From assembly GCA_963806855.1 (NCBI GenBank), contig CAWDYW010000003.1:672001-736000 (forward strand): 64,000 bases of DNA. The letters run 5' to 3'. Position numbers and translations under genes: made by a program. The notes beneath the pieces are model-generated. The model was not told the origin of the DNA. It worked only from the letters and a program-made list of their open reading frames with translations, and did not search any database. This DNA comes from an uncultured Verrucomicrobiae bacterium (lineage in GTDB: Bacteria > Chlamydiota > Chlamydiia > Chlamydiales > Rhabdochlamydiaceae). Below are positions 27,952-37,800 of the stretch, in pieces (position 1 is the first letter of the stretch; every line of letters starts with the position of its first letter).

Positions 27952-29391
27952 GGCCCAGTCGCCCCCAATTGCCTTATAGATCCCGACCAAGTCTCCCGTC
28001 AGAGCTTGCTCGCTTTCGATATAGGAATTTTCCGAATTGATCACCGCTTTGCGAGCCTGCAGCACCTGCAGCTCATTTCCGATCCCGACGCAATAGAGCC
28101 CTTCGGTGATCTCCAAAGTGCGCCGATCAGCCTCGAACCGATTCTTGAAAGACTCGTGCCGATTTTCCTCTTGAAAATAGGCCACTAGTGCACTCTCGAC
28201 ATCCTTAAGTGACGTCAGCACTGTTTTCTCATAGTTGAGAAGCGCTTGCCTCTGCAGAGATTTTTGCACATCGACCTTGCCGCGCACCCTTCCAAAATCA
28301 ATCAGATTCCAATTAAGCCCAAGCCCCACGCTAAAGTTACGGCTGGCAGATTCCAAGATTTGTCCCAGTTTATTGCTGAGCCATCCCACAGAAGATCCCT
28401 CTCGATTGCCTGCGCCAAAATTTAGACCCGTCAAAGCAATGTGAGGGAAGTAGTCGGCAATCGCCGCCCCAACCTGCTCCGTTGCCGCAGCGAGCTGCCT
28501 CTCCGCGCTGCGGACATCTGGCCTGCGGCGCAGAAGCTCTGAAGGTAGACCGACTGGCACTCGACCACTGCCTGAGGGAATCGGACCTAGCTCTTGAAAA
28601 GAGGCTGCAAGACCCTCCGGCTGCCGTCCCAAGAGGATGGCGAGCGCATAGATCGACTGTTTGAACGAAGTTTCAAGAACAGGAAGCGTAGCGCGATCGG
28701 CCTCAAGCGTCGAAATCTGCGTCGTCACTTGCATCTCGTTGTCAATGCCGATCTCATAGAGGTTTTTGGCAATTCCCAATTCCTGCTCATCGGCCTCAAT
28801 CAGCCGCTTGGTCAATGCGATTTTCTTCTGCAGAGCCCGGATGTTGGTGTAATTGACCGCCACCTCGCTGATCATCGAGATCAGCACATTCCTCGAATCC
28901 TCGATCGTAGATTCCAAAGTGTAGTAGGCAGCATTTTTCCCGTGCCGGAATTTGCCCCAGAAATCCAGTTCCCAAATCGCATCAAACCCCACTTGGAACA
29001 TATCGAGAAATTTCGGCAAGAGTGTCACCCCTCCAGGAAGAGGCGTCGCTGGCGCAGGGAATAAGTTCTGGCTAATTTTAGTGCGCGTCGCTACCGCATT
29101 CAAATCAATTTCGGGCCACAAATAGGACCGTTCGATCCGGTACTGGGCCCGCGTTTGCTCGATTTTCTCAATGGCGATCCGCAGGTCGTAGTTCGAAGTG
29201 ATGGCCTCGACGATCAAAGAATCAAGTAGAGGATCGCCGAATTGACGCCACCAAAAGCACAGATCAGCATTGGAGCATTCGCATTCCTTACTCTCTTCAA
29301 AGCAGCAGGGGATCGCTATGTCGGGCTCTTGGTATTTGGGACCGACCATGCATCCAATAAAGAGGAGGAAAATAGGTAAAAAATATTTCAT
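27916..29391 (-). CDS. NodT/OprM/TolC-family outer membrane efflux lipoprotein
   Basis: Lipobox FIGC.VGP, WELDFWG, PSELLRRRPDVRSAE and YKAIGG motifs. Confidence 0.95.
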   Translation of the reverse strand: MKYFLPIFLLFIGCMVGPKYQEPDIAIPCCFEESKECECSNADLCFWWRQFGDPLLDSLIVEAITSNYDLRIAIEKIEQTRAQYRIERSYLWPEIDLNAVATRTKISQNLFPAPATPLPGGVTLLPKFLDMFQVGFDAIWELDFWGKFRHGKNAAYYTLESTIEDSRNVLISMISEVAVNYTNIRALQKKIALTKRLIEADEQELGIAKNLYEIGIDNEMQVTTQISTLEADRATLPVLETSFKQSIYALAILLGRQPEGLAASFQELGPIPSGSGRVPVGLPSELLRRRPDVRSAERQLAAATEQVGAAIADYFPHIALTGLNFGAGNREGSSVGWLSNKLGQILESASRNFSVGLGLNWNLIDFGRVRGKVDVQKSLQRQALLNYEKTVLTSLKDVESALVAYFQEENRHESFKNRFEADRRTLEITEGLYCVGIGNELQVLQARKAVINSENSYIESEQALTGDLVGIYKAIGGDWASSQSTEEDSCN

Positions 29392-29455
29392 AGAGGCCCA
29401 TCCTCTATATAGAGGCGGGGGAATTGTTGATCAATGATATTTGCACAAGGCAAAA

Positions 29456-30535
29456 TCAGACGTTATTATGGTAAATATCCCAAATCTTCTTTGTTGTGTC
29501 GTTAGATTTCCCAGGATAACCGCCATCCCAGCCCCAAGCCCAATAGCAAGTGCTGTATCCTTGGCTTTTAGCCCACTGAGCAAATTGAGTAAGATCATAG
29601 GCATTGGCATCCACGTTGTCGAGACCAACAGAAATTTGAGAAGGAGAGAACTGATAATTCGTCTCTAACCACTTTGCCCACTGGCCGACCCAAGCTTCTT
29701 CAGATGAGAGAGGATCGTAATAGGACATGATATAGATCCGATCGACCCCACATTTTCCAGCCTCGTTTTTCGATGCATCTAGTATGTTTTGAACGTGATT
29801 TTGCCATGTTGAAAATCCGGCATTTGTACAAAGAGAGGTTTGAAGCGAGGGGTTTTGGCTTTTAACTATTTTGATCAATTCTCCGACACTCTGTTCAAGA
29901 GCTTTTTGATCGGACTGATCCCATTCTTCAAAGTCGAAATCTATTCCATCCAGTCCATTTTTTTGGCAAAATGCTAGAAGAGTCGCGGCGCATTGCGCAG
30001 CACCTTGCGATTTTAGAGCGTCCCAACAATTTCCGCACCATCCTGCAGAGCTTCCCCCTAGGGACATTTTGACTGCAATCCCTTGGGCATGACATTCTTC
30101 TACGTACTTTTGCAAGTAGGTTTTTTGAGGGTTTTTTGGATCATAGAAACGGGATGTAGGAGGGATGACTAAATCAAGATCGGAGCGAGTATCGATTTGA
30201 TAGTTGTTTTTGGAATCAAATCCGCTGACGAATAAATTCACTGTATTGACGCCTTGAGGGATATTGGCAAGAATATCATCGCCATGCATCGTCCAATCAA
30301 CTTCCCAGGTCCCATTTTCAATTCCAATTGTTCCCGCTAGACTATTTTGGGGTGGGGCTTTAGGTGCTAGAAGGAGTTGAATGGCATCAGGAGGAAGATT
30401 CAACCGATCTTTAGCTGTCAAAAGCTCACCATTTAGCACCGGAGCTCTAGGAGAATCTGTGATTAAATCAATGAGATTATTTGCTCCTGCAGGTGTAGGA
30501 GTTCGATCAAAACAGAGCGGAAACATAGTAAACAT
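29456..30535 (-). CDS. Glycoside hydrolase family 18 (chitinase-like)
   Basis: SLGG and LDGIDFDFE (DxxDxDxE) motifs, plus MSY. Confidence 0.85.
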   Translation of the reverse strand: MFTMFPLCFDRTPTPAGANNLIDLITDSPRAPVLNGELLTAKDRLNLPPDAIQLLLAPKAPPQNSLAGTIGIENGTWEVDWTMHGDDILANIPQGVNTVNLFVSGFDSKNNYQIDTRSDLDLVIPPTSRFYDPKNPQKTYLQKYVEECHAQGIAVKMSLGGSSAGWCGNCWDALKSQGAAQCAATLLAFCQKNGLDGIDFDFEEWDQSDQKALEQSVGELIKIVKSQNPSLQTSLCTNAGFSTWQNHVQNILDASKNEAGKCGVDRIYIMSYYDPLSSEEAWVGQWAKWLETNYQFSPSQISVGLDNVDANAYDLTQFAQWAKSQGYSTCYWAWGWDGGYPGKSNDTTKKIWDIYHNNV

Positions 30536-30630
30536 TTATTTGCCTCGTTAATTATTGTATTATTAATCTTAAATATAATTATACTATAACTAACTTTTAA
30601 ATGTAAATATCAAAATTTTAACTAATATTT

Positions 30631-31392
30631 TTATTCATTTAGAATCAAAAAAAGATCCTCGGGGATCTCCTCTACTGTGGAGGTTGTTGGCTCCCCAAGG
30701 TTTGATTGTGTTATTCCTGCTATTTTAGTTCTCATCGCAGTAATATCGATTTTCTGGTGCGGTGTTGCAGAGATCTCTTCAAATGATCGATTTTTTCTTT
30801 GTTCAATAAACCAGCAGACATAAGCGCCGCAGTTGATCAAATCCTTTTGATGCTTAGTCTGATTACTTTTGATCACCCAGTCCGGACATTTTACCTTAAT
30901 GAGGTCTAAAAATTCATCAAATCTAATGTCACAACCAACTAATTTTCGGCTTTCCTCTTCAATATCCCTTGCTTGTGAATTATAATATTCAACCGTTTTA
31001 GTGTCCCGATCAAGGGCTATTATCACAATATGATTACGAATAGTACCTTCTAGAACAAAAGGGATAAATACTAATTTTTTTGAGCCAAGTGCTTGGTCTA
31101 AAATGTCAGAGACCGTCTTCCTTTTATCGTCCGCATTTTTAATTGCTGATAAGGATAGAAATTCATCAACGAAGGTCGTTTCATCAGTTTTTGCCGTTGC
31201 AAAGTTGATCACATCTAGCCCATTTAACATTTTAGTCATGATTCGCTTTTGTTCGGTGATGGTTGGACGGGAAATCGATGCAAGGATCGATCTAACAACC
31301 GAGCGAATTTTCGAAAAAATATCCGTGATCCCTTTTTCGTAGAAGCTCCCCACAGATGAAAATGTGTTACTATTAACACCTAAAATACTCAT
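30631..31392 (-). CDS. CE-clan (Ulp1/C48-like) cysteine protease, effector-like
   Basis: NHIV...EYYNS...HQKDLINCGAYVC, giving His, Asn, oxyanion Gln and Cys in CE-clan order. Confidence 0.75.
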   Translation of the reverse strand: MSILGVNSNTFSSVGSFYEKGITDIFSKIRSVVRSILASISRPTITEQKRIMTKMLNGLDVINFATAKTDETTFVDEFLSLSAIKNADDKRKTVSDILDQALGSKKLVFIPFVLEGTIRNHIVIIALDRDTKTVEYYNSQARDIEEESRKLVGCDIRFDEFLDLIKVKCPDWVIKSNQTKHQKDLINCGAYVCWFIEQRKNRSFEEISATPHQKIDITAMRTKIAGITQSNLGEPTTSTVEEIPEDLFLILNE

Positions 31393-31483
31393 AATATATC
31401 TCCTTCTTTAAATATATTATAGCATAATAGTAAATTTATTTATATATAATTACGAATTGATCATCTTATTAATTATTAAGTAC

Positions 31484-32293
31484 TTATACAATAGAATCGA
31501 TCAATAATCGGGCGATGCTTAAGTAAGAGGGAATCGGCGGCAAGTTCCCCTTTTTGAACCATTGGGCATCCTCGATTTCGACGGGGTCTTTCACGATTTC
31601 GCCGCTCTTCCATTTGCAGCTAAAGGCAATAAGGAGCGAATTGGGAAAGGGCCAGGATTGGCTGCCAAAATACTTGATCTCTTCGACTTGCAGTCCTACC
31701 TCTTCAAGCACTTCCCGCTGGACACATTGCTCTAAGGTCTCTCCAGGATTGACGAATCCGGCGAGAATGCTATACATCCCTGGGGGAAAATGGGGGCTTC
31801 TGGCGAGCAGAATTTCATCTCCCTTCTGGATCAGCGCCATGACGACGGGGGAGATTTTCGGAAAGGCGAGCAGCTTGCAGACGGAGCACTCTTTTGCCCG
31901 CTCCTTGGGGCTGTCGATCATTTTGTTGCCGCATTGACCGCAAAACTGATGGGTCTGATCCCAGAGGATGAGTTGAACGGCCCGTCCGGCAAGCGCAAAG
32001 AGCGACTCATCCATCTTGCCATAGAGAGTTCTCAGATCTTTCCAGACGGCGTTGGGCGGCACGGTGGCAGATGGGTCCAATTCCCCGGCGTGGAGGTGGA
32101 ACTCTTTAAATGTCCCCATGTAGAAGGAGCGGATGAGAAGCGGACTTTTCAGCTGAAAGGGCTCCATCGACCCATCGTGGACCAGTAGCTCCGCTCCTTT
32201 GAAAATGAACCAGAGATCTTCACCGGCTTGGGCAGGATCTTTATGCATCCGATCGAAGAACAAGTTAGGTGCTGAAAAAGGGATAGATTCCAT
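31484..32293 (-). CDS. nudC: NAD(+) diphosphatase
   Basis: FCGQCG...CSVC zinc ribbon, Nudix box GETLEQCVQREVLEEVG, SQSWPFPNS; ATG at 32293. Confidence 0.93.
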   Translation of the reverse strand: MESIPFSAPNLFFDRMHKDPAQAGEDLWFIFKGAELLVHDGSMEPFQLKSPLLIRSFYMGTFKEFHLHAGELDPSATVPPNAVWKDLRTLYGKMDESLFALAGRAVQLILWDQTHQFCGQCGNKMIDSPKERAKECSVCKLLAFPKISPVVMALIQKGDEILLARSPHFPPGMYSILAGFVNPGETLEQCVQREVLEEVGLQVEEIKYFGSQSWPFPNSLLIAFSCKWKSGEIVKDPVEIEDAQWFKKGNLPPIPSYLSIARLLIDSIV

Positions 32294-32297
32294 AAAT

Positions 32298-34157
32298 TCA
32301 CGGCATATCAATAAAGTGTTTAGGGCGCCAGGCGGTGCGCAGGGCATTGAGGATGACGGCGACATCGATGAACTCTTGGGCGATCGCCCCGGCGACAGGG
32401 GGAAGATAGCCAAATGCAGCGAACATCATCCCGACCAGGGAGAGGAAAATCCCCCCTAGGGCACTCTGCAAGGCGATTTTCCGCATTCGCTTGCTAATGT
32501 GGAGAAACTCATCGACAGTGCGCAGAGAGTTGTCCATCACCACCGCGCCGGCTGCTTCTGCGGTGATGTCGCTATTTTGGCCAAACGCGATCCCCACGGT
32601 GGCGACCACCAATGCCGGAGCGTCGTTGATCCCATCTCCGAGATAGGCCGTTTTCGCCAGAGCTCTTTCCTTCTCGACGATCTGCACCTTCTCCTCGGGA
32701 CTTTGGCTGGCATAAACTTTGGTAATCCCCATCTGGTCGGCGATATATTTCACCTCTTCTTCCCGGTCGCCCGATACGAGCATGATTTTATTGATACCAT
32801 GCTTGTCTGCCAAGTGGCCGATGAAAGAGGCGCTCTCCTCTCGAGGGGTATCGTGGAAGCGGTAATAGGCGGCAAGCTGTCCATTGAGCAGGATGACACA
32901 TTCGAGGCCGATTCCTTTCGGCAGCCGCTCCCCACTAAGCCCTAATCGGGCGAGCAGTTTACGGCTCGTGAGGATGATCTCATGGCTATTGACTGTGCCC
33001 CGAAGCCCCTGACCCTTGGGCTCGCTGATGTGTTTCACCTCAAGAAGGGGAATTTTTTCTTCTTTTGCCTTTTCAACGATGGCGCTAGAGAGGGGGTGCT
33101 TCGAATATTGCTCGATGCTGGCGGCCAGTTGCAGGATCTCTCTGGGATCGTGAGAGTCGAAGACCAGCTGATCGGTCAGCACTGGTTTGCCATAGGTGAG
33201 CGTCCCTGTCTTGTCGAAGATGATCGTTTTGCACTGCTCCAATTGTTCCAAGACAATAGGATTCTTAATCAATATCCCGCAGCGGGCGCTCAAGGAGATC
33301 GAGCCGATGATCGCCACTGGAATCGCGATCAGGAGAGGACAGGGAGTGGCGATGACTAGCACAGCCAGAAATCGAACCGCTTGGCCGCTGATAGCCCAAG
33401 CGATGAGAGCAATGAGAACCGATAGGGGTGTGTACCAAGCGCCGAGCTGATCGGCTAAGCGGCGCATCCGAGGACGCTTTTGCTCTGACTCGCGCATTAC
33501 CTGCATGATTTTAGCATAGCGCGAGTCGATCGCCAGTTTGCCCGCTCTAATCGTCAGCGCTTCATCTCCATTGATCGCTCCCGAGATGACCCCCGATCCA
33601 GGGGCTTTTGAGAGGAAGAAAGGCTCTCCGGTCAAGTAGGACTCATCCATCACCCCTTTTCCCTCTGCAACCTCTCCGTCGACAGGACAAATCTCATGAG
33701 GCAAGACCACCAAAATGTCGCCGATCTGGATCTGTTCGACCGAAATGGTCTCCAAGGCTTCCGCTCGCTTACGGTGGGCAGTGGTCGGAGCCCGTTTCGC
33801 CAATTTCTCAAGCACTTTAGAGGCTGTTCCAATCGCATAGCTCTCAAGAGCCTGCCCGCCCGAGAGCATCAGCACGACGAGCGACCCGGCCAAATACTGC
33901 TCAAGGACCACCGAAGTGGCAATCGATATTCCTGCCAAAAGATCGGAGCTAAATTCGAGGTGAAACATTTTGCGCACGAGCATGAGCAAAAGGGGCCCGC
34001 CCCCGACGAAAAGGACAACGTAAAGCGGGTAATCGGCATAAGGTTTTAGGCTCGGGATCAAAAAATAGAAAATGAGGAAGAGGGCAATGCCGATCGAGGC
34101 GATAATGGCGATAACCCGATAGGGGATAATAGTGTCGTCTTGCTTCTTAGCCTGCAC
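32298..34157 (-). CDS. Heavy-metal P1B-type ATPase
   Basis: LTGE, TPCP, FDKTGT, SKHP and GDGINDAP motifs. Confidence 0.95.
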   Translation of the reverse strand: MQAKKQDDTIIPYRVIAIIASIGIALFLIFYFLIPSLKPYADYPLYVVLFVGGGPLLLMLVRKMFHLEFSSDLLAGISIATSVVLEQYLAGSLVVLMLSGGQALESYAIGTASKVLEKLAKRAPTTAHRKRAEALETISVEQIQIGDILVVLPHEICPVDGEVAEGKGVMDESYLTGEPFFLSKAPGSGVISGAINGDEALTIRAGKLAIDSRYAKIMQVMRESEQKRPRMRRLADQLGAWYTPLSVLIALIAWAISGQAVRFLAVLVIATPCPLLIAIPVAIIGSISLSARCGILIKNPIVLEQLEQCKTIIFDKTGTLTYGKPVLTDQLVFDSHDPREILQLAASIEQYSKHPLSSAIVEKAKEEKIPLLEVKHISEPKGQGLRGTVNSHEIILTSRKLLARLGLSGERLPKGIGLECVILLNGQLAAYYRFHDTPREESASFIGHLADKHGINKIMLVSGDREEEVKYIADQMGITKVYASQSPEEKVQIVEKERALAKTAYLGDGINDAPALVVATVGIAFGQNSDITAEAAGAVVMDNSLRTVDEFLHISKRMRKIALQSALGGIFLSLVGMMFAAFGYLPPVAGAIAQEFIDVAVILNALRTAWRPKHFIDMP

Positions 34158-34573
34158 CGGAACCTCTTGTGCTTATTATAGCGTATTATTTCTAAAAGTA
34201 TAGAATGGTGTGATGAGCGGTTATATTCTGCAGACAGGCAAAAAGGGGAGCGAGCGGCTAGAAATTCTAAACGAGCTCACCAACTCCGGCTTTCTCGCTT
34301 TTTTACACCAGGCTGGGCTCAAAGAGGGGATGAAAGTGCTCGACGTTGGCTGTGGGACCGGTATCCTCGCCTGCGAAGTGGCGAAAAATGTTGGCCAAGT
34401 CATCGGCATCGATATCAGCAAAGAGCAGATCGATCTGGCACAGAGCCTTGCAGCAGGCAAGCAAATTCACAATGTCGAATTTCGGCAAATGTCTGCCCAT
34501 GACATCGGGAATCTCGAAGAGAAATTCGATCTCATTTATTTTCGTTATGTTCTTCATCATGTGAAAGAGGCTC
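34157..34573 (+). pseudogene. Promoter plus truncated 5' copy of the SAM methyltransferase gene (417-bp repeat, copy 1)
   Basis: About 17 mismatches by eye versus 39943-40359; similarity ends after HVKEA. Confidence 0.93.
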
Positions 34574-34579
34574 TGCAAT

Positions 34580-34770
34580 TTATATTTTCTTGACATCGGC
34601 TCTTTGCCCTTTTGTGATCAGGACTAGATTCTCTGGTGAAAGGCAAAAGACAGAATGGGGAGTTCCAGCTTCTGCCCAGATCTCAGATTTTATAGGACCT
34701 GATCGACGATGCTTTGATGTTCTCGCCCCAAGTGATCAAAAAAACAATTCGGGAAACCTCCTATTGGAAG
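34580..34770 (-). pseudogene. Decayed 3' part of a YbaK/EbsC-family deacylase gene
   Basis: Minus strand EIWAEAGTPHSVFCLSPENLVLITKGQRADVKKI*, preceded out of frame by PIGGFP. Confidence 0.7.
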
Positions 34771-34855
34771 TTTCTTCAATACCTGATCTGTCATCCCCTT
34801 CTGGCCTTACGATTTCTACTGACTCGGATGGGGATCCATATTAATCATTAGAAAA

Positions 34856-37800
34856 TCAATGTGTTCCTTCCTCAATCAATACCTCCTGTATCATTTTAAG
34901 AACACTTTTTAGATCTCGTACTTGCTTTGAAGGGTACTTGAGCAGTTCTGTTATGATCCTCTCAGCTTCCCTTTTATCATGATGTAGCGGGACTCCAAGC
35001 ACTTGTCCAGCTATGTGATAGAGGTTATCGATTGATTGGGGTGGGAAGATCTGTAGAACTTTGATCAGCGCCTCTTCCAAAAAAGGTCCCTTATATTGAG
35101 AAAGATAGCTGCATAGAGTAATCAATGAGTAGTATTTATCCTCCATCATTTGAAACAATTCCTTTCCTATTGGCTGCCTTTCCTCAATTCTAGAAACCAT
35201 GAGGCCAAAATCTTTACCCGGCTTGCCCGAATCTTGATAGCAAAGCATATTCTCAAGATCATTACGAGTATGGAACTGATTGCACTTGTAGTATAAGACT
35301 TTATGAGGATACTCTTTCCATACTGTATAGAGTCCTGGAAACTCATTGTTTTCAGTAAGAGCGACAACCTTTTCTCCTTCCTGCCCAAAATTCATCATAG
35401 TCGTCCCAGCTCCAGGAAAACCGAGTTTTTTATTCATGATAGAGCATTGTGTTGCCTGGATGAGAAACTCGGTGGGATTGGGTGGGGATACATCAACATC
35501 AATTTTCCCTTCTTTAGTTTCTATCAACTTTATTCTATTGAAAGCTAAATAACTAGCTTCATCAAATGCTGCAACGGTGAAATATCTAAACTCCTTATTG
35601 TCCTCGGAAAAGAAGTAAATGCGGATTTCAACACCTCTACCCTTTTCATGGACAAAACGATAGCGTGGAGTGAGTGCTCCCAGACCTCTGGCGAGAATTT
35701 GGGATGTGTGGGGCTCCATAGCTTTATATAAATGATTGAGAAGCTCCTTGGGAAAAGCCAGAGGGATCATTGTTCTGTCTGTAGAGGTTAGAAGAACGGA
35801 AGACTCGGCCATAGCACTATATAGATTATTTCCAGGCAGTGTGCTTTCTTTAGTTTGATTATCGTAGTGATGGTGATATGTTCCCCTATTTTTACCTTGA
35901 ATTTTATGGTCGAGGAAGTTCAGGTATTGAATCATTAGTTCGTAAACTCTACGATCATATGTTGAAGTGTGAAATTCTGTCGGTACTTTCAGCCCATTTA
36001 GGTCTTTAACTGAGAGTAGAGACTTACCGGGTTGCATAAATTCATAAGTTTGTTCAGCTTTATCCAAAAGAATGTAAAAATCTAATAACTCTCTTTGATT
36101 CTGCTCGGCTTCTGGAGAAAGCCTAAGATTTTCACATTCCTGTAGAGTCTGTAAAAATGCATAGCGGTGCAAGAAACATTGTTTTTTTAAACAATATTGG
36201 AATCTTATTACTAAATACCTTTGATGAATATTAGTCCACCCTTTAGTGATCTGATGTAGCTCACTATGAGTTGTGAACTTGCCGTCTCCGGAGAGCAATG
36301 AAGAAAAAGATTGTTGTAGAGTTGTACTTAACCCTTTCATTATTTCAGCTTCATATTTTGCAAAATCCTCTTTCGTAATTAGAGCTCCAGAGTCGGTTTT
36401 CATCGATAGCAAATGCCTAAATGTATTACCCGCCCACCCGGGAAAAAGGTAATCGAATTCCGTCGGAGCCAATCGCTCACTGAATACTCTGTTGAAGAAG
36501 AATTTTCCGGCTCCGGCATAGTTTTTGAAGAAAGGACTTTGGTCAGTTTTGCCTTGGAATAAAATATTGAGTCCCTTTCGTAACGTTGAACAAGAATTCT
36601 TCCAAACCGATTTTAGTTCTTCCAGGGATGCGGACTCTGCCCGTGTTTTTTGCTTTTGGATCGCATCACCAAGTCCTTTCAACACGAGAGCTTGTTCAGA
36701 TTGAACAACTTGAAAAGCAGTTGGCAGGGCATCTTTCAATCGAAGGAGTGTGTTCCCCCTTTTTAAGAATTGGCCAAAACGGGCAAGGACGCTCTCCTTT
36801 TGGTCTGGGATAAGACCGGATTCTAAAAAGGGAGCAGCTGTTTCGTAAAATTCTTTGGCAGTGTGCAAGTAAAGTGATGCATTGGCGATATGATTCACTC
36901 CAAACTGCTCTGCTACATATCCTGTAAAATAATGAGGTTTTTCTGGCATCCATTGAGGAGGAACCGTTAAACCGCGATTAACTTTCTTTTCTGCATATGT
37001 CAAAACTGAGATGCTATCGGCAACATATTCGCAGAATGATTCAATTAACTTTACATCTTTACATAGTTCTCTCTTCTCTCTCAGAATAATTGATTTTTTG
37101 CCAAACTCCTCTTTTTCCCTTCTCTCTTCTTGAAGAACTTTGTTAAATTCCCGTTCATCCATTTTCATGAGGACTTCGGTGCTGTACTTCTTGAGACTAT
37201 GCAGAATGGCCATTCCATAGGCAGCCCGATCGCAATGCGCTTCATCAAATCGGGCGATGATTTGTGCATGCTTAAAGTCCAATTCTTTGCGCAAGTAGGA
37301 AAACTGACGATCCATATGTTCTGCAAGCTGTTGTACAGCTTTTTGCAGTGCTTCCATGACTTTCTGATGCTCTGATTTAATTTTTTCACCTTTGATTAAA
37401 CAGTAAAGTGAACGTCCAACACCGATGACAAGTGTGAATATTTGCAACATAGGCACTAGTGTTGAGGCAAGACCGGCAGAACTACAAAGAAACTTCATCG
37501 CATCTTCAAATTCTTTGCCTTTTTGAGCTTTATTTATGATATCTTTTAATCCGCCTACACCAACGTCATTAAACAAAAGGGCTGCATCATAGATCATGTA
37601 AATATCACGCATTGTTTGGACGCTTAGAACCATCTTTTGATTCGTATCACCCAAGATGACTCCAACCTGCGCGGCGAGTTGTCTAGTTGTATTAAAAGTG
37701 TCTAAAATTGGCTCTCGATTAAGAGATCTAGCCGCATGATGATTTTGCATCCCCTCCGAGACAGCCCAGCGAACCTCTTTTTGGGAACCATCGCCTTCAA

